DNA of 64,000 nucleotides from Patescibacteria group bacterium (GTDB taxonomy: Bacteria > Patescibacteriota > Microgenomatia > UBA12405), in contig JAMCSD010000006.1 in NCBI GenBank assembly GCA_023380755.1, forward strand, positions 120,385 through 184,384, in the 5' to 3' direction. Positions 37,669 to 47,169 of the stretch are shown here, one piece after another; within the stretch, counting starts at the first letter, position 1; the number at the start of each line of letters is the position of its first letter. A program made the translations under genes and the position numbers. The notes beneath the pieces were generated by a model that was given only the letters and a program-made list of their open reading frames with translations, had not been told where the DNA came from and searched no databases.

Positions 37669-38499
37669 CTAAATGCTTTGGGTCGATAAAAAGCCTTTAA
37701 TTACATTGACCGGAATGGCAAAACCGATATTTTGCCCGTTTGGCGCGATGGCAGTATTTATGCCGATTACCTGGCCGCTGGAATTAATCAATGGCCCTCC
37801 GGAATTTCCCGGATTAATCGCCGCATTCGTTTGAATCACATTATCCAGCCGCTCGACATACCCTTGTAAATCCGACCCGGCCGTAATTCCTCGGCCCAAC
37901 CCGGAAACTATGCCGTTGGTAACCGTATTGGTAAATTGGCCCAACGGTGTCCCAACGGCATAAACCGTCTGCCCCAGTTTCAAATTACTCGAATCTCCCA
38001 AAGATATTGCTTTTAAGTTTTGGGCGTTGATCCGCAGCAGAGCCAAATCATTGTTCGGGTCAGTGGTAATTTTATCGACACTATATTCTTTGCCGTCGTT
38101 GGTAATTACCGAGTATGTCGCCCCTTGTTGGGAGACCACATGTTTGTTGGTCACAATCAATCCATTACTGTCGACCACGAAACCGCTGCCAATGTTTTGG
38201 GAAACATTGGTTGGTTGTCCGGGTACCCGTTGGATGGGGTTGAAAAAATTAAATGGGTCAAAACGGTAATAATCATTTTGGGTAATGGTCGAAATCTTGA
38301 CGGTGACCACCGAGGCCACGGCATTACTGATTAAGTTTTCCGTATTGTTCTCGATGGCCGGAGTCGGCTGGACGGCGGTTTGCAGGGTTTGGGGGTTAAT
38401 TGTCACCCCGGTTTTCTCTAGAGCCGGAATAATCGTGTAAAGTTTGGCCAGAGTCGCCAAATTCAAAAATACCAATAATCCCAAAATAATATTTTTCAT
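37669..38499 (-). CDS. Secreted trypsin-like serine protease (S1C/HtrA-like, no PDZ domain)
   Basis: His region TNKHVV, Asp region, and catalytic Ser in GNSGGPLINSSGQVIGINTA. Signal peptide or anchor present. Confidence 0.75.
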   Translation of the reverse strand: MKNIILGLLVFLNLATLAKLYTIIPALEKTGVTINPQTLQTAVQPTPAIENNTENLISNAVASVVTVKISTITQNDYYRFDPFNFFNPIQRVPGQPTNVSQNIGSGFVVDSNGLIVTNKHVVSQQGATYSVITNDGKEYSVDKITTDPNNDLALLRINAQNLKAISLGDSSNLKLGQTVYAVGTPLGQFTNTVTNGIVSGLGRGITAGSDLQGYVERLDNVIQTNAAINPGNSGGPLINSSGQVIGINTAIAPNGQNIGFAIPVNVIKGFLSTQSI

Positions 38500-38564
38500 A
38501 TGTCCTACTCTAGTCTACGAAACTTAAATTACCCTGAAAAAATTCTGTATTTCGTTTTTAAAAA

Positions 38565-39071
38565 CTATACCTCGGAAACTACTGACCGCATCAGTGTTCC
38601 CGCCAGCATCGTCAGCCCATCCGCTGTCACCATTTCTTCTCCTAAACTTTGTTCTAAAATCTTAGCCTCTTCCTCGGCTCCCAACAATTTACACCAATTA
38701 ATTAATCCTTGGTACATGGCCATTTCGCTATGTTCCACCTTCAATGCCGCCTCAATTACCGCCATATCTTTTAAGTAGGCATCATCAATTTTCTTCAAGC
38801 CTCCGCCCCCTTCGCTGACCAGTGACAGGAAGGTTGGATCCTTTTGTTTTTTGGTATTTAATCCTAAGCTTTGAAAAATACTTTCCAACCGCGTTGTTTG
38901 ATTTTTTGTTTGCTCGAGATGGTATCCCAGCGCTCGGATTAATTTATCCTCATGGGATTCCTTCATCATCTTGGGCAATTCTTCCGTGATGGTGTTTTCG
39001 ATAAAGTACATTTTTTGTAGTCCCATTTCTAACAAATCTTTCTTTGATACGGCCATACCCACCTCCTCCAA
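38565..39071 (-). CDS. Ferritin-like YciE/YciF (DUF892) family protein
   Basis: All-helical protein of DUF892 length with a matching residue pattern. Confidence 0.5.
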   Translation of the reverse strand: MEEVGMAVSKKDLLEMGLQKMYFIENTITEELPKMMKESHEDKLIRALGYHLEQTKNQTTRLESIFQSLGLNTKKQKDPTFLSLVSEGGGGLKKIDDAYLKDMAVIEAALKVEHSEMAMYQGLINWCKLLGAEEEAKILEQSLGEEMVTADGLTMLAGTLMRSVVSEV

Positions 39072-39189
39072 ATAACTAATTGTAAATTAATAGTAGATGA
39101 TTCTCTGGATGGATGCAACCATTATGACGATCCGGAAAAACTTCACCCTCTTTTAAGCTTACTCTCAGAAGCCGCCATTATCATTCAAT

Positions 39190-39660
39190 ATGAAAAAAAC
39201 ATTTATTGCTGGATTCGTCGTCGTTTCCTTTGTGGCCTATGCCTTTTTGGAGCAAGTCAAATCATGGGGTTTTGGTGATGATTCCACCCTCCCTCCTTCC
39301 CGTTCTAATTCGGCTCCTAATCCCAATCTTACCACGCTCAATTCTGGCTCCTCTCCCAAGCCCCAAACTGCCGCTGGCCACTTTAAGAACGGCCAATATA
39401 CCGGCGATTCCACCGATGCCTTTTATGGCAATGTCCAGGTAAGGGTCACCATTAGCAGTGGCAAAATTACTAACGTTCAGTTTCTGGATTACCCTCAAGA
39501 CCGCGACCGTTCCCTTGCCATCAATACTGTTGCCATGCCCCAACTTACCAGTGAAGCCATCCAAGCCCAATCTGCCAACGTCGATGTCGTCTCTGGAGCT
39601 ACTGCCACCAGCCAAGCTTTTGTTCAATCATTACAATCCGCCCTTAACCAGGCCCAATAA
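39190..39660 (+). CDS. Membrane-anchored FMN-binding domain protein with ApbE flavinylation motif
   Basis: N-terminal anchor, Ser/Pro linker, then an FMN_bind domain ending in VDVVSGATATS, the Dxx[ST]GA[ST] covalent-FMN acceptor motif. Confidence 0.7.
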   Translation: MKKTFIAGFVVVSFVAYAFLEQVKSWGFGDDSTLPPSRSNSAPNPNLTTLNSGSSPKPQTAAGHFKNGQYTGDSTDAFYGNVQVRVTISSGKITNVQFLDYPQDRDRSLAINTVAMPQLTSEAIQAQSANVDVVSGATATSQAFVQSLQSALNQAQ

Positions 39661-39665
39661 CTAAT

Positions 39666-40421
39666 ATGAAAGACACCCGCCTCCTCATGGGCATGCCCAT
39701 CACCGTGGAGATTGCCGATCCTGAATCTACTTTAGATTCCCTTAGCGAAGTCTTTGCTTATTTCCATTATGTTGACGAAAAATTTAGCCTTTACAAAAAC
39801 ACCAGCGAAATTGCCCAAATAAACCACCGGAAACTTCCGGAATCTCAATATAGTCCGGACATGAAAACTGTCTTTGCGCTCTGTGAGGAGACAAAAAAAT
39901 TAACTGATGGCTTTTTTGATATCAAGCATTCCGGCCGCCTTGATCCTTCCGGCTTGGTCAAGGGCTGGGCAATTCATAACGCCGCCCAAAAACTGCGCCA
40001 CCACGGATATCGGCATTTCTATGTCGAAGCCGGCGGCGACATCGAGGTTGCCGGGCTTAGCTCACGGCACCAGCCCTGGCAAATCGGTATCCGTAACCCT
40101 TTTAATATCCGCCAAATCGTTAAAGTCGTTGCACTCACTAATGGCGGCATCGCCACTTCTGGTACCTATTTTCGCGGCCAACACGTCTATAATCCCAAAA
40201 AATTCCATCGGCCGATTACTGACATTTTAAGCCTCACCGTTATCGGCCCCGATATTTATGAAGCCGACCGTTTTGCCACCGCCGCTTTTGCCATGGGACG
40301 TCCCGGCATCGAATTTATTGAATCTCTGCCCGGTTTTGAAGGTTATCAAATTGATAACCAGGGTGTCGCCACTTTCACCACTGCTTTTAATCGTTATCTT
40401 TCCGATGCTAAAGATTATTGA
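39666..40421 (+). CDS. apbE: FAD:protein FMN transferase ApbE
   Basis: ApbE-family motifs (DPSGLVKGWA, GGIATSGTY) in a 251-aa protein immediately downstream of its likely substrate. Confidence 0.7.
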   Translation: MKDTRLLMGMPITVEIADPESTLDSLSEVFAYFHYVDEKFSLYKNTSEIAQINHRKLPESQYSPDMKTVFALCEETKKLTDGFFDIKHSGRLDPSGLVKGWAIHNAAQKLRHHGYRHFYVEAGGDIEVAGLSSRHQPWQIGIRNPFNIRQIVKVVALTNGGIATSGTYFRGQHVYNPKKFHRPITDILSLTVIGPDIYEADRFATAAFAMGRPGIEFIESLPGFEGYQIDNQGVATFTTAFNRYLSDAKDY

Positions 40422-40443
40422 CCGCTATCTAAATATCATCACT

Positions 40444-41922
40444 ATGTACCGGCTCATTTTGTATTATCTTTTAGTCCTCTTACTTGGGGCTGCCTTTTTA
40501 AGTTACTTGGGTATTCTCCACTATAGTGTTTTTTCCATCCTGGCCTCGGCTTTGTTTCTGATTGTCTTAAGTTGGAGCACCAACACCCTTTTTGCCGCCG
40601 CTTACCAGGCTCCGACTAATGTCGAATCGGTTTACATTTCCGCCTTAATCCTGGCCTTAATTCTGACTCCGGCCCAAACTCCCCATGATTATCTTTTTTT
40701 AGGTTGGGCCGCCATTTTCACTATGGCTTCCAAATATTTACTTAATATTGGCAAAAAACACCTTTTTAATCCGGTCGCTATTGCCGTGGTTATCACCGCC
40801 CTGATGATCAAACAATCCGCCAGCTGGTGGGTGGGCACTCTATATATGTTGCCCTTTGTAGTGATCGGTGGCTTTCTTATTGTCCGTAAAATCCGCCGCT
40901 TTAATTTAGTCCTCAGTTTCTTTATCGTCGCTTTGTTTACCATTGTCGGGATCGGCCTAATTCAAGGCCAATCAGTTATCAGCCTGTTGCGGATTGCCCT
41001 GCTCGATTCCCCCTTTTTCTTTTTTGCCTTTGTCATGCTTACCGAGCCGCTCACTACTCCCCCCACCCGAACTTGGCAAATTCTTTACGGGGCCCTCGTC
41101 GGTTTTCTTTTTGCTCCCCAAATCCACGTTGGCCATCTGTATACCACCCCCGAAATTGCCTTAAGTTTAGGTAACTTATTTTCTTACGGTGTCAGTCCGA
41201 AAGCTAAGCTTTTATTAAGTCTGGAGCAAAAAATCCGGCTTACCCCCGATACTTACGATTTTGTCTTCTCCAAACCTCCCCGTTTCAGTTATCGTCCGGG
41301 TCAGTATATGGAATGGACCTTAGCCCACCCCCGCACCGATGATCGTGGTAACCGTCGTTATTTCACCTTGGCCTCATCTCCCACTGAAGATACTCTTCGC
41401 TTAGGCATTAAATTTAACGACCACAGCAGCAGCTTTAAAAATAACCTTTTATCTCTAAGTTCCGAGACTCCGATTATGGCCGGGCAGTTAGCCGGTGACT
41501 TCGTTCTCCCCCGTAATCGTCAGCAAAAAATTGTTTTTATGGCTGGCGGTATCGGTATTACCCCTTTTCGCAGCATGGTTAAATACTTAATCGATCGGGG
41601 CGAAAAACGGGACATCGTTCTTTTTTATGCCAACAAAGAAGCCTCGGAAATTGTTTACCGGGATATCTTTGACCGTGGCCGTTCCGTCGGCCTGCGGCCG
41701 GTTTATGTTTTGACCGACCAGGCGAAAATTCCTCCCCAATGGCCTGGCTTAAGCGGCCGGATTACCGCCGCGGTCATCACCCAGGAAGTTCCCGATTACC
41801 GGGAGCGCACCTTTTATCTTTCTGGTCCTAATGCCATGGTCACTGCCTATCGGGAAATGCTGAGGCATTTAGGTTTACCTTCGTCCCAAGTTAAAACCGA
41901 CTTTTTCCCTGGCTTTGCCTAA
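40444..41922 (+). CDS. Membrane-anchored FNR-like FAD/NAD(P)H oxidoreductase (polytopic N-terminal domain plus FAD_binding_6/NAD_binding_1)
   Basis: About eight TM helices N-terminally. RYFTLASSP (the RxY[ST] FAD site) and GGIGITP (NAD(P) site) follow. The ATG at 40444 is preferred over the track start, which overlaps apbE out of frame. Confidence 0.65.
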   Translation: MYRLILYYLLVLLLGAAFLSYLGILHYSVFSILASALFLIVLSWSTNTLFAAAYQAPTNVESVYISALILALILTPAQTPHDYLFLGWAAIFTMASKYLLNIGKKHLFNPVAIAVVITALMIKQSASWWVGTLYMLPFVVIGGFLIVRKIRRFNLVLSFFIVALFTIVGIGLIQGQSVISLLRIALLDSPFFFFAFVMLTEPLTTPPTRTWQILYGALVGFLFAPQIHVGHLYTTPEIALSLGNLFSYGVSPKAKLLLSLEQKIRLTPDTYDFVFSKPPRFSYRPGQYMEWTLAHPRTDDRGNRRYFTLASSPTEDTLRLGIKFNDHSSSFKNNLLSLSSETPIMAGQLAGDFVLPRNRQQKIVFMAGGIGITPFRSMVKYLIDRGEKRDIVLFYANKEASEIVYRDIFDRGRSVGLRPVYVLTDQAKIPPQWPGLSGRITAAVITQEVPDYRERTFYLSGPNAMVTAYREMLRHLGLPSSQVKTDFFPGFA

Positions 41923-41943
41923 TTTGGTAAAATGTAACTTTAT

Positions 41944-42393
41944 ATGATCACTAAATTTGGCCGGCAAAAACTGGAAGAACATCTCCACCAGCTCCAGGGC
42001 GAACTTGAGCGGACTCTCGAGGAACGCTCCCGGGCGGCTGCAGAAGGGGATTTACGGGAAAACTCAGCCTACCTCTTTTTGGGGGAGCGGGCCGATGTCT
42101 TGCGCTCCCAAATTGCCGAAGTTACCCAAGATCTTCAGGCATCAGTCGTCCAGGCCGCTCCCGAGCAGAACGTAACCATTGCTTTTGGCCACCAGGTCAG
42201 TTTACGGTATCTTGCCGATAACCGGGAAATTACCTTAGTATTAGTGGGAAAAAATGATGCCCGCCTTCAACCTAATTGGATTTCCCTGGAAAGTCCCCTG
42301 GGTCAAGCCTTACTCGGACATCATTTGGGGGACAAGGTCGAGGTTAACGGTCAAAAAATTTTGATTTTAAGTATCGAAAAAGGCGCTATCTAG
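41944..42393 (+). CDS. greA: Transcription elongation factor GreA family
   Basis: N-terminal coiled coil with GDLRENSAY and a C-terminal FKBP-like segment ISLESPLGQALLGHHLGDKVEV. Confidence 0.7.
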   Translation: MITKFGRQKLEEHLHQLQGELERTLEERSRAAAEGDLRENSAYLFLGERADVLRSQIAEVTQDLQASVVQAAPEQNVTIAFGHQVSLRYLADNREITLVLVGKNDARLQPNWISLESPLGQALLGHHLGDKVEVNGQKILILSIEKGAI

Positions 42394-42416
42394 CTAATTT
42401 TTGCTACAATGTTTAT

Positions 42417-43139
42417 GTGCCCCGATTTGTTTTTCCTAAATATCTTTCTCCGCTTAAAAAACATCTTTTTCAATCTCCCGTCGGTCTCTTGATTGGCCTG
42501 GAAATGATTATTGGGGTTTTTTCTAGTTTTACCTTGGCCTATTTCTTTCTCAAGATCGCCGATGAAGTCGTTGACAAAAATACCCAATTTCTGGATATCA
42601 CCCTCTCCACTCTGATCTATCACCTGCGCACTCCCACACTGACTCACATTATGATTCTCATTAGCAATTTTGGAGCGGCCTATACCCTTGTTGGTCTAAT
42701 GTTCATCCTCATTGCCCTGTTGCTCCGCCGTCACCGCAAGGAGGCTCTCCTTTTTTCCTTGGTCAGTGCCCTCGGCCTGGGCATCAATCTCTTGCTTAAG
42801 AACGTTTTTGCCCGTCCCCGGCCCCTGATCTCTCCCCTCATTCCTGCCAGTTCTTATAGCTTCCCTTCCGGCCACGCCATGAATTCTCTGGTTTTTTATT
42901 TTATGATCTCCGCTTACATGTATCACTTCACTCACAATAAACTTCTGAGTATTTTTGCTGTCCTGATTTCGATCTTAATGGTTATTTTAATCGGATTCAG
43001 CCGTATCTATTTGGGTGTTCATTATCCTTCCGATATCCTTGGCGGTTATTTTATTGGCCTCTGGTGGCTGGTGACGGCCTTTTTTATTGACAAAACCATT
43101 ATCTTTTTCGAACTCTTTAAAGAGCCCAAAACGCGTTAA
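42417..43139 (+). CDS. PAP2-family lipid phosphatase (PgpB/undecaprenyl-PP phosphatase-like)
   Basis: PAP2 motifs KNVFARPRP, PSGHA and SRIYLGVHYPSD. Confidence 0.8.
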   Translation: MPRFVFPKYLSPLKKHLFQSPVGLLIGLEMIIGVFSSFTLAYFFLKIADEVVDKNTQFLDITLSTLIYHLRTPTLTHIMILISNFGAAYTLVGLMFILIALLLRRHRKEALLFSLVSALGLGINLLLKNVFARPRPLISPLIPASSYSFPSGHAMNSLVFYFMISAYMYHFTHNKLLSIFAVLISILMVILIGFSRIYLGVHYPSDILGGYFIGLWWLVTAFFIDKTIIFFELFKEPKTR

Positions 43140-43147
43140 ACTGAAAT

Positions 43148-43534
43148 ATGGCTCCATCTTTAACCAAATTCTTTCACAGTTTCACTTGTGCTTTCAATGG
43201 TATCCGCGTGGCTTATCGCGGCCGGAACATGCGCATTCATGGCTTAGTTACTTTACTAGTTGTCGTTGCTGGTTTATGGTGGCGGCTTTCCCCTTTGGAA
43301 TGGATCATTATTTTAATCTTGATCGGATTAGTCTGGTCAGCAGAACTGGTTAATACTAGTCTCGAGGAACTTGCTGACCTCATCCGCGACCACCAACATC
43401 TGCCTTATCAGGCCACTCGTGATACTCGGGACATTGCCGCCGGTGCCGTTTTAATCTTAGCCATCATCTCGGCTCTGGTCGGATTTATTATTTTTTGGCC
43501 TCACCTTAGTTCGACTGCTCTTTTTATTCCTTAG
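43148..43534 (+). CDS. dgkA: Diacylglycerol/undecaprenol kinase DgkA family
   Basis: Three TM segments and the SAELVNTSLEE motif in a 128-aa protein. Confidence 0.7.
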   Translation: MAPSLTKFFHSFTCAFNGIRVAYRGRNMRIHGLVTLLVVVAGLWWRLSPLEWIIILILIGLVWSAELVNTSLEELADLIRDHQHLPYQATRDTRDIAAGAVLILAIISALVGFIIFWPHLSSTALFIP

Positions 43535-43552
43535 TGTTCTATAATGTAGTTA

Positions 43553-44149
43553 ATGCTTCGCCGTTCTTCTTTGGTGACTGCCTTTTTCTTTTGGCTGCCG
43601 GTTGGCGTGATTACTACTCTCCTTTGTGGTTTAATTTACTTTCTTGAATTTCAACATTTTCGTCTTCCGGCTTACGATCCCCAGGTCCAATTAGCCGAGG
43701 ACATTGCTGCTTCCTTATCGGCGAATCGTCCTCTGGAATCGGTCGTTTCCTTAACAGTACACGTTGACTTAACTAAAAGCTTGGCTCCCTTTGCTAACTT
43801 TTATGATAGCCAGGGTCGGCCGGAAGCGGGTACCGGCTTCATCGATAATGCTGTTCCTTCTATTCCGGCTGGTGTTTTCAAATACACCACCGCTCACGGC
43901 GAAGACCGTATCACCTGGCAGCCCCGGCCGGGCATCCGCCAAGCTATCGTGGTCAAGCCCTATAAAAGTAAAACCAGCAGTGGTTTTGTGGTTGTCGGCC
44001 GTTCCCTGCGGGAAGTTGAACAACGCGAACGAATTCTTTTTGAGGAAGTCGCTGTTGGCCTCTTGTTCCTTTTAGTTATCTCCTTTCTTTTGGTCTGGCT
44101 TGCCGTTCTTCAGCTTCCGCATTTGGCATCTTCTGGTAGATCACGGTAA
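43553..44149 (+). CDS. Hypothetical protein with N- and C-terminal TM segments
   Basis: Clean ORF with no recognised motif. Confidence 0.4.
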   Translation: MLRRSSLVTAFFFWLPVGVITTLLCGLIYFLEFQHFRLPAYDPQVQLAEDIAASLSANRPLESVVSLTVHVDLTKSLAPFANFYDSQGRPEAGTGFIDNAVPSIPAGVFKYTTAHGEDRITWQPRPGIRQAIVVKPYKSKTSSGFVVVGRSLREVEQRERILFEEVAVGLLFLLVISFLLVWLAVLQLPHLASSGRSR

Positions 44150-44158
44150 AATTATTAT

Positions 44159-44812
44159 ATGTGTGGTCGTTATACTCTTTATACCCCCGAGGCCTTGGCC
44201 GATCATTATCACTTAGGTAATGATCTTAAGTTAGCTCCTGCCTACAACGTGGCGCCGGGAGCTGCCCATCCGGTGGTCTTCCGTGAATCTGGTACCAATC
44301 TGATTCAGGAAATGCATTGGGGTCTGATTCCCTTTTGGGCCAAGGACCCGAGCATCGGCACCCGGCTCATCAATGCCCGGGCTGATTCTGCCGCCACCAA
44401 ACCCGCCTTCCGCTCCTCCTTTAAGAGCTGCCGCTGTTTAATTCCGGCCAATGGCTTTTATGAATGGTCCCCGGCGCGCCAACCTTATTATTACCATTTA
44501 CCTCACAGCCCCCTTTTTTCTTTAGCCGGTCTTTACGATATTTGGACCGATACCTTTGGTCGCGAAATGTACTCTTTTACCATTATTACCACCGACCCCA
44601 ACTCTTTAGTCAAAACCGTCCATGACCGGATGCCGGTTATCCTCTCTGCCGACAACGAGGACCTTTGGCTGCAGCCCCACACTTCCCCCGAAACCCTCGT
44701 CTCCTTATTTGCGCCCTTTCCGGAACATCAAATGAAGGCTTATCCCGTCGCCCCTTTAGTCAATAATCCCTCCAGCAACACCCCCGATCTTATCAAAGAA
44801 ATTCCCCATTAA
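44159..44812 (+). CDS. SOS-response-associated peptidase (SRAP/YedK) abasic-site processing protein
   Basis: N-terminal MCGRY with the catalytic Cys2 and family-typical length. Confidence 0.8.
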   Translation: MCGRYTLYTPEALADHYHLGNDLKLAPAYNVAPGAAHPVVFRESGTNLIQEMHWGLIPFWAKDPSIGTRLINARADSAATKPAFRSSFKSCRCLIPANGFYEWSPARQPYYYHLPHSPLFSLAGLYDIWTDTFGREMYSFTIITTDPNSLVKTVHDRMPVILSADNEDLWLQPHTSPETLVSLFAPFPEHQMKAYPVAPLVNNPSSNTPDLIKEIPH

Positions 44813-45216
44813 TCAAACCGTCCTTTTAGGGTAGCCAAATATTTTTGCGCCATTCCTACCGTCCCCACTATCACCCCCGCCTTCATCACAAAATCGACTG
44901 ACCATCGCGGCTGCCGGGTTTCGTGCCAAATAATAATGAGTTTCAAGCATTTGTCTCCCGGCGCCTTAGTGTGGAATGCCAAAAAATAGCCGATTTCAAT
45001 CCAGGTTCCCTCCGATGGCGCCACCCCGGGATTAGCCAGCATTATATCCGCCCGTTTCACTGCCAATAAATCTTGAGGAAAAAAGGTGTCCGGGGAGCTT
45101 TGGTCCGCATCAATTTCCGGGTCAAAAAAATCAAACCCTGGCGTTTTTTTGATTTCATCCTTCCAGTGTTCGTGGTAGGCATTCCATTGCCCCGCCAAAT
45201 AAACCATCGGTGCCAT
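44809..45216 (-). CDS. Nucleoside 2-deoxyribosyltransferase-like protein
   Basis: VYLAGQW (compare YLAGPF) and GTWIEIGYF (compare GTAFEIGYA). Confidence 0.45.
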   Translation of the reverse strand: MAPMVYLAGQWNAYHEHWKDEIKKTPGFDFFDPEIDADQSSPDTFFPQDLLAVKRADIMLANPGVAPSEGTWIEIGYFLAFHTKAPGDKCLKLIIIWHETRQPRWSVDFVMKAGVIVGTVGMAQKYLATLKGRFD

Positions 45217-45258
45217 AATTAATTTTACCCCAAACCAAGCGTAAATTACCGAAAATAA

Positions 45259-45501
45259 TTAGATAAGAGGGGACACAAAGCCTTCTTTAGCAAACACCCA
45301 TCCCTCGTTCATTAAGCTAGAAATCCGTCTACAAATTGTTTCTGTGGCAAATTCTTCTCCTAACCTAGCTGCAATTCTTTCATAAACCGCGCCAACCGTC
45401 ACCGGGTCATGGTTGCGCAACCCAATATTAAGGAGCCGCATTGTATCGGCATTCCACTGAATTAGTTCATCCATCGGAGATTTCATTAATATTTCATTCA
45501 T
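45259..45501 (-). CDS. Hypothetical small protein (80 aa), possibly HTH-like
   Basis: Clean ORF with no confident motif. Confidence 0.35.
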   Translation of the reverse strand: MNEILMKSPMDELIQWNADTMRLLNIGLRNHDPVTVGAVYERIAARLGEEFATETICRRISSLMNEGWVFAKEGFVSPLI

Positions 45502-45628
45502 GCTCTAGTATATCAGTTCACCGACTTTGATATTTTCCCTATCTTTCTGTATAATAAACCTCTAAGAACCAAAAGCACTGGCGCTTTCAGGGTTTAGGAG
45601 AGTTTTTGCACCTTAAAAGGAGATTAAT

Positions 45629-46624
45629 ATGTCAAAATTAGTGGCCGAAATTAACAAACGGAAGGTTTACTCAGATAAGGAAGTTCGAGCCATCGTCGAC
45701 ACCAAAGTCTACTTTGTCGATGGTAGTTGGTGCGATGTCGCCACCGGTGAAACCGTCAACAACGGCCCTGGTTCTATAAGCTTCGATAATCCAGGTGCTA
45801 CCGCTGAAAAGATCACTGTCGGCCCAACCCCCTTCATGGCTAGTTCTTTAGAAGTTCGTGGCGTAATAGCCGATGTCGAAATCAATGTCAAATCTAGTCC
45901 CACCATCGAGGTCGAAATTACGGGTCCGAAAAAGGAAGTCGAGGCCATCAAGGTCGCCAAAGTTGGGGATACGGTCGTCGTCGAAAGCGAGGATCGCGAC
46001 ACCGGCTTTTCCAGAAGCCAGGGGACGACAGTCATTGCTGGCAGTGGTAACGTGGTGACTCGTATTGGTAGGGCCCGTGGTATGGTTATTTCCGGTGATC
46101 TGGTCATGGGTCGTCGGCGGACGGTCATTTCCACCGGAGATATGTATGTCTCGGGCGATAATGTCATTCTCTCCGGAGGCGGCGAGGCCAGCACCAAGGT
46201 CATCATCGGTGTGCCTCAAAAGACGGGTGTCACCGTTACCAAGGTTACCGGTAATACCGTTATCGGCGATACCCAAGGTCGGGTGTCCGTCAGTGGTAAC
46301 AATGGTGAAATGAGGATTGGTCGTGTTGGCCCTGCCAAACTTGGAGTTTCCGGTAGTAGTGACATTAGCGTCAAAGAAGTCACTGGCTCCATGCTCGACA
46401 TCCGTATCATGGGTTCTGGCGATATCCGGATCGAAGCTGGTCAAGTGGATCAGTTGTCGGTCGAAGTCATGGGCTCCGGTGATGCCCGCTTTCATGGCCG
46501 CGCCACTGACAGCAACCTAAGCATCATGGGTTCCGGCGACATTTGGGTGGCCCATTCGGTCAACAAGCCAGTCGAAGATGTCATGGGCTCAGGGGATATT
46601 CACGTTAGTCGAGTTGGCAATTAA
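45629..46624 (+). CDS. DUF2807/DUF4097 (GIN-domain) beta-helical repeat protein
   Basis: Periodic V/I-x-G-SGD-I/A repeats (MGSGDIRI, VMGSGDARF, IMGSGDIWV, VMGSGDIHV). The gene lies in the GC-elevated block. Confidence 0.5.
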   Translation: MSKLVAEINKRKVYSDKEVRAIVDTKVYFVDGSWCDVATGETVNNGPGSISFDNPGATAEKITVGPTPFMASSLEVRGVIADVEINVKSSPTIEVEITGPKKEVEAIKVAKVGDTVVVESEDRDTGFSRSQGTTVIAGSGNVVTRIGRARGMVISGDLVMGRRRTVISTGDMYVSGDNVILSGGGEASTKVIIGVPQKTGVTVTKVTGNTVIGDTQGRVSVSGNNGEMRIGRVGPAKLGVSGSSDISVKEVTGSMLDIRIMGSGDIRIEAGQVDQLSVEVMGSGDARFHGRATDSNLSIMGSGDIWVAHSVNKPVEDVMGSGDIHVSRVGN

Positions 46625-46795
46625 TCTCGTTAGTTCCTAAACCGCTTGGGTTTTTGATTATCATAATCACTGACCCCGGCGGTTTTTTTTGTTTAAAAAT
46701 TACCTGCACCCATACGGCAAAAACTAAGATATTGTTTACCAGCATTTGGTACCCTTTTTCTTAATCTTTGCCCGTATGGGTGTAACTGTCGTCTT

Positions 46796-47143
46796 TTACC
46801 ACTTCGGGATTTCGACGACGACTTCGCCATCTGGATCCTGGAGCACTATCCTGACAGCGTTTTTTTGGCTGTCCCTTTGGGTCAGATTAGTAAAATTCTT
46901 TCCGATCCACAACAGGCGGCACCAGATATTCCCGACCACTCTCACTTCGGAATCCTCTGGGAAAAACACTGTCCTAACTGCGTGCTCATCTTCGACTACC
47001 AGCATATAGCCTTCGGCCACACTGACGCTGGTGACTAGTCCCTGATAAGCGAAATTTAGAATTGGGGTCTCCGGGGCACAAAGCTTGGCCAGTCTTTCGC
47101 GCTCCAACCGCAGCTCTTCAGCTGTCCACTTTCTCGGGTTCAT
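46796..47143 (-). CDS. Hypothetical protein (about 115 aa); start re-assigned to the ATG at 47143
   Basis: An AAGGGAGGA ribosome-binding site sits 7 nt upstream of the ATG at 47143-47141. The track start (47206) would place the N-terminus inside a structured RNA motif. The gene lies in the GC-elevated block. Confidence 0.45.
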   Translation of the reverse strand: MNPRKWTAEELRLERERLAKLCAPETPILNFAYQGLVTSVSVAEGYMLVVEDEHAVRTVFFPEDSEVRVVGNIWCRLLWIGKNFTNLTQRDSQKNAVRIVLQDPDGEVVVEIPKW

Positions 47144-47169
47144 GAAAATCCTCCCTTTTAAACGAACTT

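Noticed and set aside
45709-46495. Two long minus-strand ORFs inside the DUF2807 gene
   Set aside because: They are antisense ORFs typical of GC-rich coding DNA. The plus-strand frame has clear periodic repeats and a ribosome-binding site.
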